This document shows positions 30,547-38,518 of a stretch of DNA of 41,480 nt, piece by piece (the stretch's first letter is position 1; each line of letters begins with the position of its first letter). This DNA comes from Promethearchaeota archaeon Loki_b32 (lineage in GTDB: Archaea; Asgardarchaeota; Lokiarchaeia; Sigyniarchaeales; SOKP01), in NCBI GenBank assembly GCA_005223125.1, contig NJBH01000033.1, forward strand, positions 1 to 41,480, in the 5' to 3' direction. A program made the position numbers and the translations under genes. Under the pieces are notes generated by a model. That model was not told where the DNA came from. It saw only the letters and a program-made list of their open reading frames with translations, and made no database searches.

Positions 30547-31941
30547 ATTACTCAACTACAAACAATTAAGTATGCGAAATATGAAAGAAAATTAAACTCC
30601 TTTGAAAGGAGATTTTTTAGGTCTCCTAATCAGACTATCTCTATAGTCGCTAGACTAAAAGGCAATATTTCGGAAGATGATTTAAAAGGTGCGTTATATA
30701 AAGTAAGACAGCAGCACCCGTTATTAGGAGTCCGAATTTACGTGGATGAAAACGGCGAACCCTGGTATACAAATGAAAAAGTTCCTGAAAATCCGTTAAA
30801 GGTAGTTCAACGAACATCAGATGGAGATTGGAATCGAGAACTCTTGAATGACTATAAAATACGTTTTAAATTATCAACAGGTCCATTAGCTCGCTTTATA
30901 TTATTGCAATCACCTGAGATTTCTGAAGTTCTCATCATTTGTCATCATGTAATATGTGATGGAACTTCTTTGGCTATATTAGCTCGTGATCTCCTTTTGC
31001 ATGTTGGTAATTCTGATCGAAAAGTACAAGAGATGGCAGAGCCCCCTTTAGCAACTCCAGATAATTTTCCAATAGATATAAAAATTGGAAAAGCCATAAG
31101 GTTCGCAATTAAAAAAATGAACGATTTATGGCAAAAGAAAAAATTAATCTTTGACGAAGAGGATGAAGATAACATCTTTAGAGCATTTTGGGACAACTAT
31201 AATTTTAAAATCATCTCAGTGGAATTAAGTGAAGAAGAAACATCAAATCTTGTTGAAAACTGTAGGCAACACGGAATAACTGTGAATTCAGCTCTTAATA
31301 CAGCTTTTCTAGGAGCACGTAATTCTATCCGAGGACCCTTTAAAGGAGGAAAACGAAATATTATGGTTCCTGTTAACACGCGAAACCACTATAAAAATCC
31401 TATAGGTGAACACGTTGGAGTTTATGTTTCAGGATTTGAGCTGAAATTCTCATATAATCCAAAAAAGGGTTTTTGGGAGAATGCTAAAATTTACAATGAT
31501 AAAGCAAAAGAAAATCTCTACATTAATAAAATATTTGAATTTGCTGCGATCACAGACCTCGTTGATCAATCTATGATAGATGCCCGTCAATTTACGTTTT
31601 TTGGTAATCTTGTTCCCTCAAACTTCAGTAGATATGAAAAAATTCATGCTTACTGTAATGATGAGAAGAATATAGCAAATAAGAGGGCAAAAAAGCAAAT
31701 TCCTAAATTACCTGTCATGGCTATTACCAATCTTGGTCTTTTGGATTATCCTTCAAAATATGGATCATTGGAGTTAGATCGTTTTATATTTGTGACTTCA
31801 GGCACTCCATATATCGAGCTTGTAATCCCTGTTGTCACGGTTGCTGGAAAACTAAGCTTTACAATTAATTACCTAGAAGAAATTACTGACACTGAAACAA
31901 TGGAAAAAATCAATATTGAAGTTTTAAAATATCTAAGCTGA
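30547..31941 (+). CDS. Condensation-domain/alcohol acetyltransferase-like acyltransferase; apparent ATT start
   Basis: HHVICDG motif; the conserved N-terminal RKLNSFERR...VARLKG...QHPLL lies upstream of the called GTG 30742; frame opens at ATT 30547 after AGGTGG. Confidence 0.82.
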   Translation: MTQLQTIKYAKYERKLNSFERRFFRSPNQTISIVARLKGNISEDDLKGALYKVRQQHPLLGVRIYVDENGEPWYTNEKVPENPLKVVQRTSDGDWNRELLNDYKIRFKLSTGPLARFILLQSPEISEVLIICHHVICDGTSLAILARDLLLHVGNSDRKVQEMAEPPLATPDNFPIDIKIGKAIRFAIKKMNDLWQKKKLIFDEEDEDNIFRAFWDNYNFKIISVELSEEETSNLVENCRQHGITVNSALNTAFLGARNSIRGPFKGGKRNIMVPVNTRNHYKNPIGEHVGVYVSGFELKFSYNPKKGFWENAKIYNDKAKENLYINKIFEFAAITDLVDQSMIDARQFTFFGNLVPSNFSRYEKIHAYCNDEKNIANKRAKKQIPKLPVMAITNLGLLDYPSKYGSLELDRFIFVTSGTPYIELVIPVVTVAGKLSFTINYLEEITDTETMEKINIEVLKYLS

Positions 31942-32053
31942 GGTGATTTTTCAAATGCTGCTAATTAAGACCTCAAAAATTAACTCCCTTAATTTTTTTT
32001 AAGACAAAATAACATTAAATGAATTTTTTAAAAATCAACGTGGAGATATGTGA

Positions 32054-32536
32054 ATGAAATTATGGATAATATATAAGAACGGAATTGGATTCTCAAAGAT
32101 TATTGCTGAGATGCTCCAGGATCGCTTGGAGGATTACATCGATGTATCTGTAGGAACTGCTAAAAAGATAGATCCAGCTTTATTAGTTGAAGAAAGGTTT
32201 GAGTTTTTGATGATTGGAGATACTATAATTAAGGAAATCCCTAGTTCGGAAATTCAAAATTGGTTGTTAAAGTATTGGGAAATTTCAAATGAGAGAAAGA
32301 ACACTCTTAAAGCTATATCAGGATTTTATATTGTACAAACCGATATATCAGTTGAACCCTTATGGGTTGAATTTTTTAACAGTAAAGTGAGAGCAGAACT
32401 AATTTTTCCATCAATACTGCGGTTAAGGCTAAATGTGGAAGAATTATCATTAGAAAATGGAACTCCTGAACTAATTAAAAAATATTCGAACGATTTTGTT
32501 GAATTTATTATCAATAATAAAAATTCTATTAATTAA
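32054..32536 (+). CDS. Degenerate flavodoxin-fold protein
   Basis: MKLWIIY..GIGFSKIIAE.L resembles a flavodoxin N-terminus without the S.TG.T loop. Confidence 0.6.
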   Translation: MKLWIIYKNGIGFSKIIAEMLQDRLEDYIDVSVGTAKKIDPALLVEERFEFLMIGDTIIKEIPSSEIQNWLLKYWEISNERKNTLKAISGFYIVQTDISVEPLWVEFFNSKVRAELIFPSILRLRLNVEELSLENGTPELIKKYSNDFVEFIINNKNSIN

Positions 32537-32559
32537 TATAAACTTGGAAAAGGTGGAGA

Positions 32560-32946
32560 ATAACCATAAATGTTTTTATTGTAGACGACGATATTTCAGT
32601 TTTAGAGTTATACAAAAAATTATGTGAAATATTGGGTTTAAACATTATTGATAAAGCAATGAATGGCGAAGAAGCTGTTAGTAAATTTCAGAATTTCATT
32701 ACCAAACCAGATTTAATTGTAATGGATTACCATATGCCATGAAAAAATGGTCTTGAAGCAACTCAAGCAATTTTGGAAATAGATAAAACAGCAAAAATTG
32801 TAATTGTAAGTGGAGATCCAACTATAAAACAAAAGGTATTAGCTTCAGGTGCAATTTGTTTTAAGGAAAAACCGTTTAATCTAACTCAATTATATCAACA
32901 AATAAATTTTTTTAAAGACCAAAAAAAAAAACGTGTCAAATGCTAA
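32560..32946 (+). pseudogene. CheY-like receiver protein with an in-frame TGA (32740-32742) and no ATG start
   Basis: ITINVFIVDDD...AMNGEEAV...PDLIVMDYHMP*KNGLEA...IVSGD...EKPF; missed by the ORF track. Confidence 0.85.
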
Positions 32947-33120
32947 ATAAAAAGATTGAATATATCAAGATTAACATCAAGAAATATCTTAAGAATAATG
33001 TATTAGGTTTAAATAGGAAAAGAACTAATTAAAATTAAAGGGACATAAATGTATCCTCTTTAAATAAAAAAAAAGGAAGAAAAGTTGTAGATTATGGACG
33101 AACAAAAGATAATTGAAACA
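32944..33120 (+). repeat. Copy of the upstream region and first 9 codons of the QueG-like gene (37497-37674)
   Basis: Near-identical CTAAATAAAAAGATT...GTTGTAGATTATGGA.GAACAAAAGATAATTGAAACA. Confidence 0.92.
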
Positions 33121-33350
33121 TTATCGTGCCACAACAGTTGTTTGGGTCATTCATATACATGGGTGAGGAAGTAAAAGTAATTGGGTATGCTATGCCAAGT
33201 CAATATGTTACTGACGCTTTGTACCGAATTTCTTATGGGCCCTCTTTAACTGATGTATATATTTGGATTGACCTTGTAGCAATTATAATTATAAGCTTTA
33301 TAATATATGTTATTGGATTAATCTTATACAATAAGTTTAAAAGTACCTAA
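33121..33350 (+). pseudogene. 3' stub of the ABC permease (copy of ~26123-26352)
   Basis: PQQLFGSFIYMGE..KVIGY.MPSQYVTDALYRISYG...KST* nearly identical to the permease C-terminus. Confidence 0.93.
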
Positions 33351-33432
33351 AGAATAATTAATTTTAGGAGGTTTATAAACTCATTAATGGGTTTTAAAAC
33401 CTTTACTTCATTTTTTCTTTTTATCAATAAAT

Positions 33433-34092
33433 TTGATGAGAAAAGAAAAAATATTTAAAAATATTCTCTTTATAGAAAGGAATATGGATGAAACTTTATT
33501 AGATAATTTATACAAAATAAAAAAAAAAGATCTTAAGACCGCAGTAAATGTACTCGATAATGCATTTTCTGAAGATTCAATGTGGAAAGAAGTATTTAAT
33601 GATGAAGATAAGAACCGTGTACTAACTGAAGTTATGGTTAGATTTTGTTTGAAATATGGTAATGTTTTCTCAACATCTGATAATTTAGAAGGAGTAATGG
33701 CAATTTCACCTCATGATAAAGATATGACAACATTGAGAGTTATTCGAAGTGGTGCTTTTTTTCTTTCTATGAAAATAGCAAGCGAATCAAAGATAATGAA
33801 AGTTCTCAGTAATGCAGTTGAAGAAGCGAAGAAAAGTCTTAATTTAGGCCCATATATACATCTACTAATAATGGGTGTTTCACAAGAATTTCAAGGAAAA
33901 GGTTTTGGAGGAAAATTATTAAGAGCAGTTATAGAAAAAGCTGAAATAGAAAGAAAAGCTATATATTTGGAGACTCAAAAAGAAGAGAATGTAAGTCTCT
34001 ATGAAAAGTATGGGTTTTCTGTTAAGAAAAAAATAATTCTTCCAGAACCATTGAATTTACCAATGTGGTTAATGGTTCGAGATGCGAAATAA
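33433..34092 (+). CDS. GNAT acetyltransferase
   Basis: MGVSQEFQGKGFGGKLL, YLET..EENVSLYEKYGF; probable start ATG 33484. Confidence 0.88.
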   Translation: MMRKEKIFKNILFIERNMDETLLDNLYKIKKKDLKTAVNVLDNAFSEDSMWKEVFNDEDKNRVLTEVMVRFCLKYGNVFSTSDNLEGVMAISPHDKDMTTLRVIRSGAFFLSMKIASESKIMKVLSNAVEEAKKSLNLGPYIHLLIMGVSQEFQGKGFGGKLLRAVIEKAEIERKAIYLETQKEENVSLYEKYGFSVKKKIILPEPLNLPMWLMVRDAK

Positions 34093-34234
34093 AATCAAAA
34101 AGAAAGTAAAACTGTGAATCTTTTATGCCCTTATTCTTTTTTTTTTTTTTTTCTGATGTTTGAAAATTTATAAATGGAGTAAAGATTAAGATTTTTTTTT
34201 GTTATATCTACTTATTTATTAGAAAAATCTTTTT

Positions 34235-34270
34235 AAACACCATCTGTATTAAATTTAATAATAGATGTTT
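34235..34270. promoter_or_regulatory. Inverted repeat (candidate operator) beside a TATA-like element
   Basis: AAACA(C)CATCT-G-TATTAAATTTAATA-AT-AGATGTTT; perfect 14-bp central palindrome. Confidence 0.45.
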
Positions 34271-34347
34271 TTAGACAAAGGTGAAAAAAAATTACACAAT
34301 ATAATAAAAAAAAAGAGGATTCTGCAGATTCGAGACATGAAAATTGT

Positions 34348-34398
34348 ATGAAAGCGATTGTATGCGCAAAATACGGTAGATTGGAGGATTCCCTTTGA
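34348..34398 (+). other. 16-codon mini-ORF MKAIVCAKYGRLEDSL* overlapping the DUF4386 start
   Basis: TGA overlaps TTG 34395; homologous copy at 35239-35289. Confidence 0.55.
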
Positions 34399-35096
34399 TT
34401 ATCCTAATAAAATTAGCAGGTTTTCTCTTTCTGTTTATTTTGGTTTTAAACCTTGTAATGGCGGCATTTGGTTATATAAACCCAGAACAGAAGATCAGCT
34501 CAGACGCTAAGATGCTGAACTCAGACGCTGAGCTGCAAAAGATTAACAAAAACGGGTCAAAAAAATTTAAAATAAGCATCGTGATAGCGCTTATAGAACA
34601 TACTTGCGTCATTGCACTTCCTATAATGTTGTTTATTGTTTTTAGTCAATATAACGCAATACTTGTTCTAATACTTGGAATTGTTTGGACCATCTTTCGA
34701 ATAGGAGAAGGCTTGATCCAAGTCTATAATGAAAAAAACTACTGGAGACTTCTCAATATAGCAAGACAATATTCAAGTACTAGTGGTGCTGAAAAAAAAT
34801 CGTTGAATGATTTAGGTAGTACAATTCTCAAAACACGAGACTCTAGATTCAAATTTGCAATGATCTTATGGTCCATTGGAACACTCGCATATTCAATCGT
34901 GTTAGTTACCTATGGAGTGTCCCCGATTATTGGATGGTTAGGAATTGTTGCCAGCATTTTAATTGGCTTCGGTAATGGGGTAAAATTTGTAAAACCTAGC
35001 TTTGAAGTATTGTCCACAATCGGAGGTCTATTGGCGATTGTATTTGAAATAATCATCGGAGGTTGGCTATTATTTTTTCCACTCATCATCCCATAG
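34395..35096 (+). CDS. DUF4386-like multi-TM membrane protein
   Basis: LAGFLFL, F..SI...LIE, RIGEG, P.IIGWLG, FEIIIGGWLL; GGAGG RBS. Confidence 0.75.
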   Translation: MIILIKLAGFLFLFILVLNLVMAAFGYINPEQKISSDAKMLNSDAELQKINKNGSKKFKISIVIALIEHTCVIALPIMLFIVFSQYNAILVLILGIVWTIFRIGEGLIQVYNEKNYWRLLNIARQYSSTSGAEKKSLNDLGSTILKTRDSRFKFAMILWSIGTLAYSIVLVTYGVSPIIGWLGIVASILIGFGNGVKFVKPSFEVLSTIGGLLAIVFEIIIGGWLLFFPLIIP

Positions 35097-35238
35097 CTGA
35101 ACTGGGAAATGTAATAATTAAAATGTTAACAAGTGAAAAGGAGTAGAAGAAAAAATTGGTGGTTTCCCTTTGAGTATCGAAATCATAAACATAATAACAA
35201 AACCTAATATGGTAAAAAAAATGGAAAATAAAAGTAAA

Positions 35239-35289
35239 ATGAAAGCGATTGTATACACCAAATACGGTAAATTGGAGAACTCCCTTTGA
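35239..35289 (+). other. Mini-ORF MKAIVYTKYGKLENSL* (in frame from ATG 35221) overlapping the next start
   Basis: Second copy of the 34348 mini-ORF. Confidence 0.55.
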
Positions 35290-35609
35290 TGGTTGAAATG
35301 ATCTTATCAGGTTTTCTCTTTCTGTTTATTATAATTACAAACGTTACAAGTGTGGAATTTAGTAATAAAATAATAAGTGATTTGAACTCAGACGCTAAGC
35401 TGCAAAAGATTAACGATAATTCTAATAAATTTAAAATAAGCATCGTGCTAGCGCTCATAGAGCATGTTAGCATAATTGCTATTAGTGTAATGTTGTTTAT
35501 TGCTTTTAGCCCATATAACATAACTCTTGAATTTATGGTAAAAGCTAATTTTAATTCAGAATATCTAAAAGACGGATTGATGAAAGATAGAGGTTTTTTA
35601 TCGGAGTAA
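35286..35609 (+). pseudogene. Truncated DUF4386 paralog (5' third only)
   Basis: Homology to 34395 ends at FSPYNI (~35525), followed by unrelated sequence. Confidence 0.8.
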
Positions 35610-35698
35610 AGCTGTAATTAGTATAACTCTGAAAAATATTATAGTTAACTTAGAAATTCAATATAAAGATTGAAAAAATAAGGAGTATTATCTATTTC

Positions 35699-36247
35699 AT
35701 GAAAATTCTAATCACATATTTTAGTCAGACGGGTAACACTGAAAAGATAGCAGAAGCAATTCACGAAATAACATCTAAGAATCATGAGTCCTACTTGAAA
35801 AGAATAAAAAAAGTTAAAATTAAAGATTTGGATGAATTTGATTTAGTTTTTATAGGTTCTGCTTGTCATGATTCTGATTTAGCTAAACCTACTTTACGAT
35901 TTCTTAAAAAGATTCCAGATTCTCCCAAATATGCGATTGCAGGTTTTTATACTCACTCAACTTATTTACCAGAAGGAGATGATAGGATTAAAAAGTTATC
36001 TGAGAAATGGTCAGGCAAATGCAATGCGACATTTGAAGAGTTAAAAAAAGAAAAGAATGCCAACTTTAAGGGTTATTTCAGATGCCAAGGAATACCATCA
36101 CTACCTATTGAAAAATTTATTCATAATACAATTATAAAAGATGATGAAGAATGGGCAGTTTTCATAGAAGAAGTAAAAAAACACCCAAATGAAAATGATA
36201 TAGAAAATGCAAAAAAATTTGCCCAAGATATTTTAAATGAATTCTAA
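35699..36247 (+). CDS. Flavodoxin family protein
   Basis: YFSQTGNTEKIAEAI, DLVFIGS, HP...D...AKKFA. Confidence 0.88.
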   Translation: MKILITYFSQTGNTEKIAEAIHEITSKNHESYLKRIKKVKIKDLDEFDLVFIGSACHDSDLAKPTLRFLKKIPDSPKYAIAGFYTHSTYLPEGDDRIKKLSEKWSGKCNATFEELKKEKNANFKGYFRCQGIPSLPIEKFIHNTIIKDDEEWAVFIEEVKKHPNENDIENAKKFAQDILNEF

Positions 36248-36320
36248 TTACTTTCACAACAGTAAGAATTGTGTAGTTTCCTTAGTCTATAATAACATGC
36301 GCATTACTTAAATGGTCTTG

Positions 36321-36428
36321 GTAGCAATTGTAATTATAAGCATTATAATATACATTATCGGGTTATTATTATACAATAAATCTAAGAGTACCTAAAGAAC
36401 AATTTATTTTAGGAGGTTGATAAACTCA
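36321..36428 (+). repeat. Third copy of the ABC permease 3' end plus the downstream flank of copy 2 (33276-33383)
   Basis: VAIVIISIIIYIIGLLLYNKSKST* followed by AGAA.AATT.ATTTTAGGAGGTT.ATAAACTCA. Confidence 0.88.
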
Positions 36429-36456
36429 CCGAGGAACAATATAATTACATCCACGG

Positions 36457-36798
36457 CTATGAAGAAGGAACAAAATCTATATTTATTTTATTATATTTTT
36501 TTAATATCTTTTCAATTTCAAATTCTGCTTCCGAAATTTTATATTTTAATGTGATATTTTTCTTTTTTAACTCATCCAACATTTCCCAGATAGAAATCCC
36601 CGCAATCTCGGCAGCTTTTCCTAGAGATATTTTGTCGTCAATATACTCTTTTAAAGCATAATCAAATTTTTCCTGAGCTACGCTTTTCCATAATAATTTT
36701 CTTATATATGCGGATTGTTCCTCTTTAAATAATTCTCTCAATTTATCAATTTCTTCTTTCAAATCATCTGGTAATATGATAGATATTTTATCTCCCAT
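36457..36798 (-). CDS. UPF0175 family antitoxin (RHH + HTH)
   Basis: ISLGKAAEIAGISIWEM; start MGDK at 36798 after AGGTGA. Confidence 0.87.
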   Translation of the reverse strand: MGDKISIILPDDLKEEIDKLRELFKEEQSAYIRKLLWKSVAQEKFDYALKEYIDDKISLGKAAEIAGISIWEMLDELKKKNITLKYKISEAEFEIEKILKKYNKINIDFVPSS

Positions 36799-37285
36799 AA
36801 TCCTCACCTTTCTCAATATATTCTTGGATAACATCTGCAGAAACCCAACTATTTTCTGCATAGTTTTTTAAGTTTGATTTATATTCAGAAAAATCAATAT
36901 TCTTTGAAATTAAAAACTCAAAAATAGTTGCTATAGTTGTTTGATGTTCAATCTGAAGGATTTGAGCTAAATTTCGAGCTTTTTTTTCATCAATTAATAA
37001 CAATTCATTTTTCTGTTTAGCTAATTCAAGTGCTTCTAGTTCCCCTCTACTTAGTGGAGGATAAAATGATTCATCAAATGAATTTAAATTAGTGACTACA
37101 ATTTTTTCTTCTTTAATAAAACTTTCAATAGTAAATGCTTCTGAATAATTCTTTAATTTTCCTTTTACAACGACCTCATCGTATACAGCTTTAGGGATGT
37201 TTATATGTTTCACCAATTTAAACAAATAGTTTATCTTTCCTAATCTGGTTAATTGAATTAATGGACTTGAATTAGATATTACCAT
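36788..37285 (-). CDS. DUF3368/PIN-like (VapC-related) toxin
   Basis: VISNSSPLI, P.AVYDE, GE.EAL.LA, LIDEKKAR. Confidence 0.88.
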   Translation of the reverse strand: MVISNSSPLIQLTRLGKINYLFKLVKHINIPKAVYDEVVVKGKLKNYSEAFTIESFIKEEKIVVTNLNSFDESFYPPLSRGELEALELAKQKNELLLIDEKKARNLAQILQIEHQTTIATIFEFLISKNIDFSEYKSNLKNYAENSWVSADVIQEYIEKGEDYGR

Positions 37286-37292
37286 ATGACAT

Positions 37293-37311
37293 TATATGAT
37301 TCTATCATATA
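37293..37311. promoter_or_regulatory. Perfect inverted repeat between TATA box and leaderless ATG of the TA operon
   Basis: TATATGAT-TCT-ATCATATA; TTTATATA on the minus strand ~25 nt upstream of ATG 37285. Confidence 0.55.
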
Positions 37312-37382
37312 TAAAGATGACTATCTCTGAGAAACTCATATATTTATTACTATATTCACTCTGGAAACTATTAAGAGTGTGA

Positions 37383-37490
37383 ATCAATTACTTAGAACTA
37401 AATGAGACTTTAATTTAAATTTCTTTCCCAAATTTCAACTATATGGAAATTATTTTGGTACTTTTGGTTCCAATATATATTCATTTGAGA
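37383..37490 (+). repeat. 3' stub of the Lrp gene (QLLRTK*) plus the first part of its downstream module
   Basis: ATCAATTACTTAGAACTAAATGAGA...TTCCCAAATTTCAACTA.ATGGAAA...ATATATTCATTTGAGA matches 30240-30347. Confidence 0.92.
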
Positions 37491-37647
37491 AATTTACTAA
37501 ATAAAAAGATTGGATATATCAAGATTAACACCAAGAAATATCTTAGGAATAATGTATTAGGTTTAAGTAGGAAAGGAACTAATTAAAATTAAAAGGAGAT
37601 AAATGTATCCTCTTTGAATAAAAAAAAAAGGAAAAAAGTTGTAGATT

Positions 37648-38301
37648 ATGGAAGAACAAAAGATAATTGAAACAGAAAATCTTAGAAAATATATTAAAAA
37701 GCTAGAAATTGATACTTATGGCGTTGCCGACATGCATTTATTAAAGGAAATGGAAACTGGACTTCCCACAGATTTGAAAAAATTCCTAAATATGTTTCCA
37801 TATGCCATAATATTAGGTGCTCAATATGGAAAGTTAGGGAAAAAAGCATCTGGAAACGACACCTCATTATTTTTAGAAGGCGCTGCCCTTTCTATAATGG
37901 ACTATTTAGAAAATAAGGGTTATAGGCAACTTATAATTCATACTGAAGATGAATTTGATCCTATTAATCGGTTAGGATTTATGTCTCTTAAAATCTTAGC
38001 AAAAACAGCTGGACTTGGTTGGCAAGGTAGGTCATTATTAATTATTTCTCCAGAATTTGGTCCTTTACATCGCTTAATTGCAATTTTAACAGACCTACCA
38101 CTTCATACTAATCAAGTAATTAAAAATGAATGTGGTAATTGCCGAAAATGTATAGAAGCATGTCCTCAGAACGCACTTACTTTTGTTGCCTTTAACGACC
38201 ATCCCACATGTCGGGAGGATGTTTTAGATATTAAGACCTGTTTAGGAGATAATGGTTGCCTGTTATATATTTTATCCTGTCCTTGGTTAAAAAAGTCTTA
38301 A
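37648..38301 (+). CDS. Epoxyqueuosine reductase/reductive dehalogenase-like Fe-S protein
   Basis: YGVAD, K..A..AGLGW.G...L.I.PEFG...RL..ILTD, CGNCRKC..ACP. Confidence 0.8.
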   Translation: MEEQKIIETENLRKYIKKLEIDTYGVADMHLLKEMETGLPTDLKKFLNMFPYAIILGAQYGKLGKKASGNDTSLFLEGAALSIMDYLENKGYRQLIIHTEDEFDPINRLGFMSLKILAKTAGLGWQGRSLLIISPEFGPLHRLIAILTDLPLHTNQVIKNECGNCRKCIEACPQNALTFVAFNDHPTCREDVLDIKTCLGDNGCLLYILSCPWLKKS

Positions 38302-38351
38302 TACTTCAAAGTAATATTATAAAATTGAATTTCAAAACATGATAATATGAT

Positions 38352-38451
38352 CTATCATAAAGAATTATATGGAGATCATAATCCAGTTACCAACAAACTA
38401 TCGAGAGATACACGATTAGATAAAATCCACAAAATTCTTGGATCTAAATAA
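38352..38451 (+). repeat. Diverged korB 3'-terminal 100 bp (equivalent to 22321-22420)
   Basis: YHKELYGDHNPVTNKLSRDTRLDKIHKILGSK*; 76/100 nt identical by hand count, ungapped. Confidence 0.93.
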
Positions 38452-38518
38452 TGAATAAGTTTTATTTTAATAATTTTATAATGTTTTAGGGATTTCTCAC
38501 AGTGAGTCTAAGAATATT

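Noticed and set aside
32740-32742. TGA as selenocysteine in the receiver domain
   Set aside because: It is not a Cys-homologous position and no convincing SECIS-like hairpin is visible downstream.
7280-33402. GGTTT(T)AAAAC motif after several gene ends (about 7285, 22445, 33390) as a recombination site
   Set aside because: It is short and AT-rich, also occurs within CDSs, and does not coincide with the mapped junctions.
22582-34152. Long poly-A/poly-T runs (22582, 34137) as phase-variation tracts
   Set aside because: They are intergenic and just downstream of stops, consistent with ordinary archaeal U-rich terminators.
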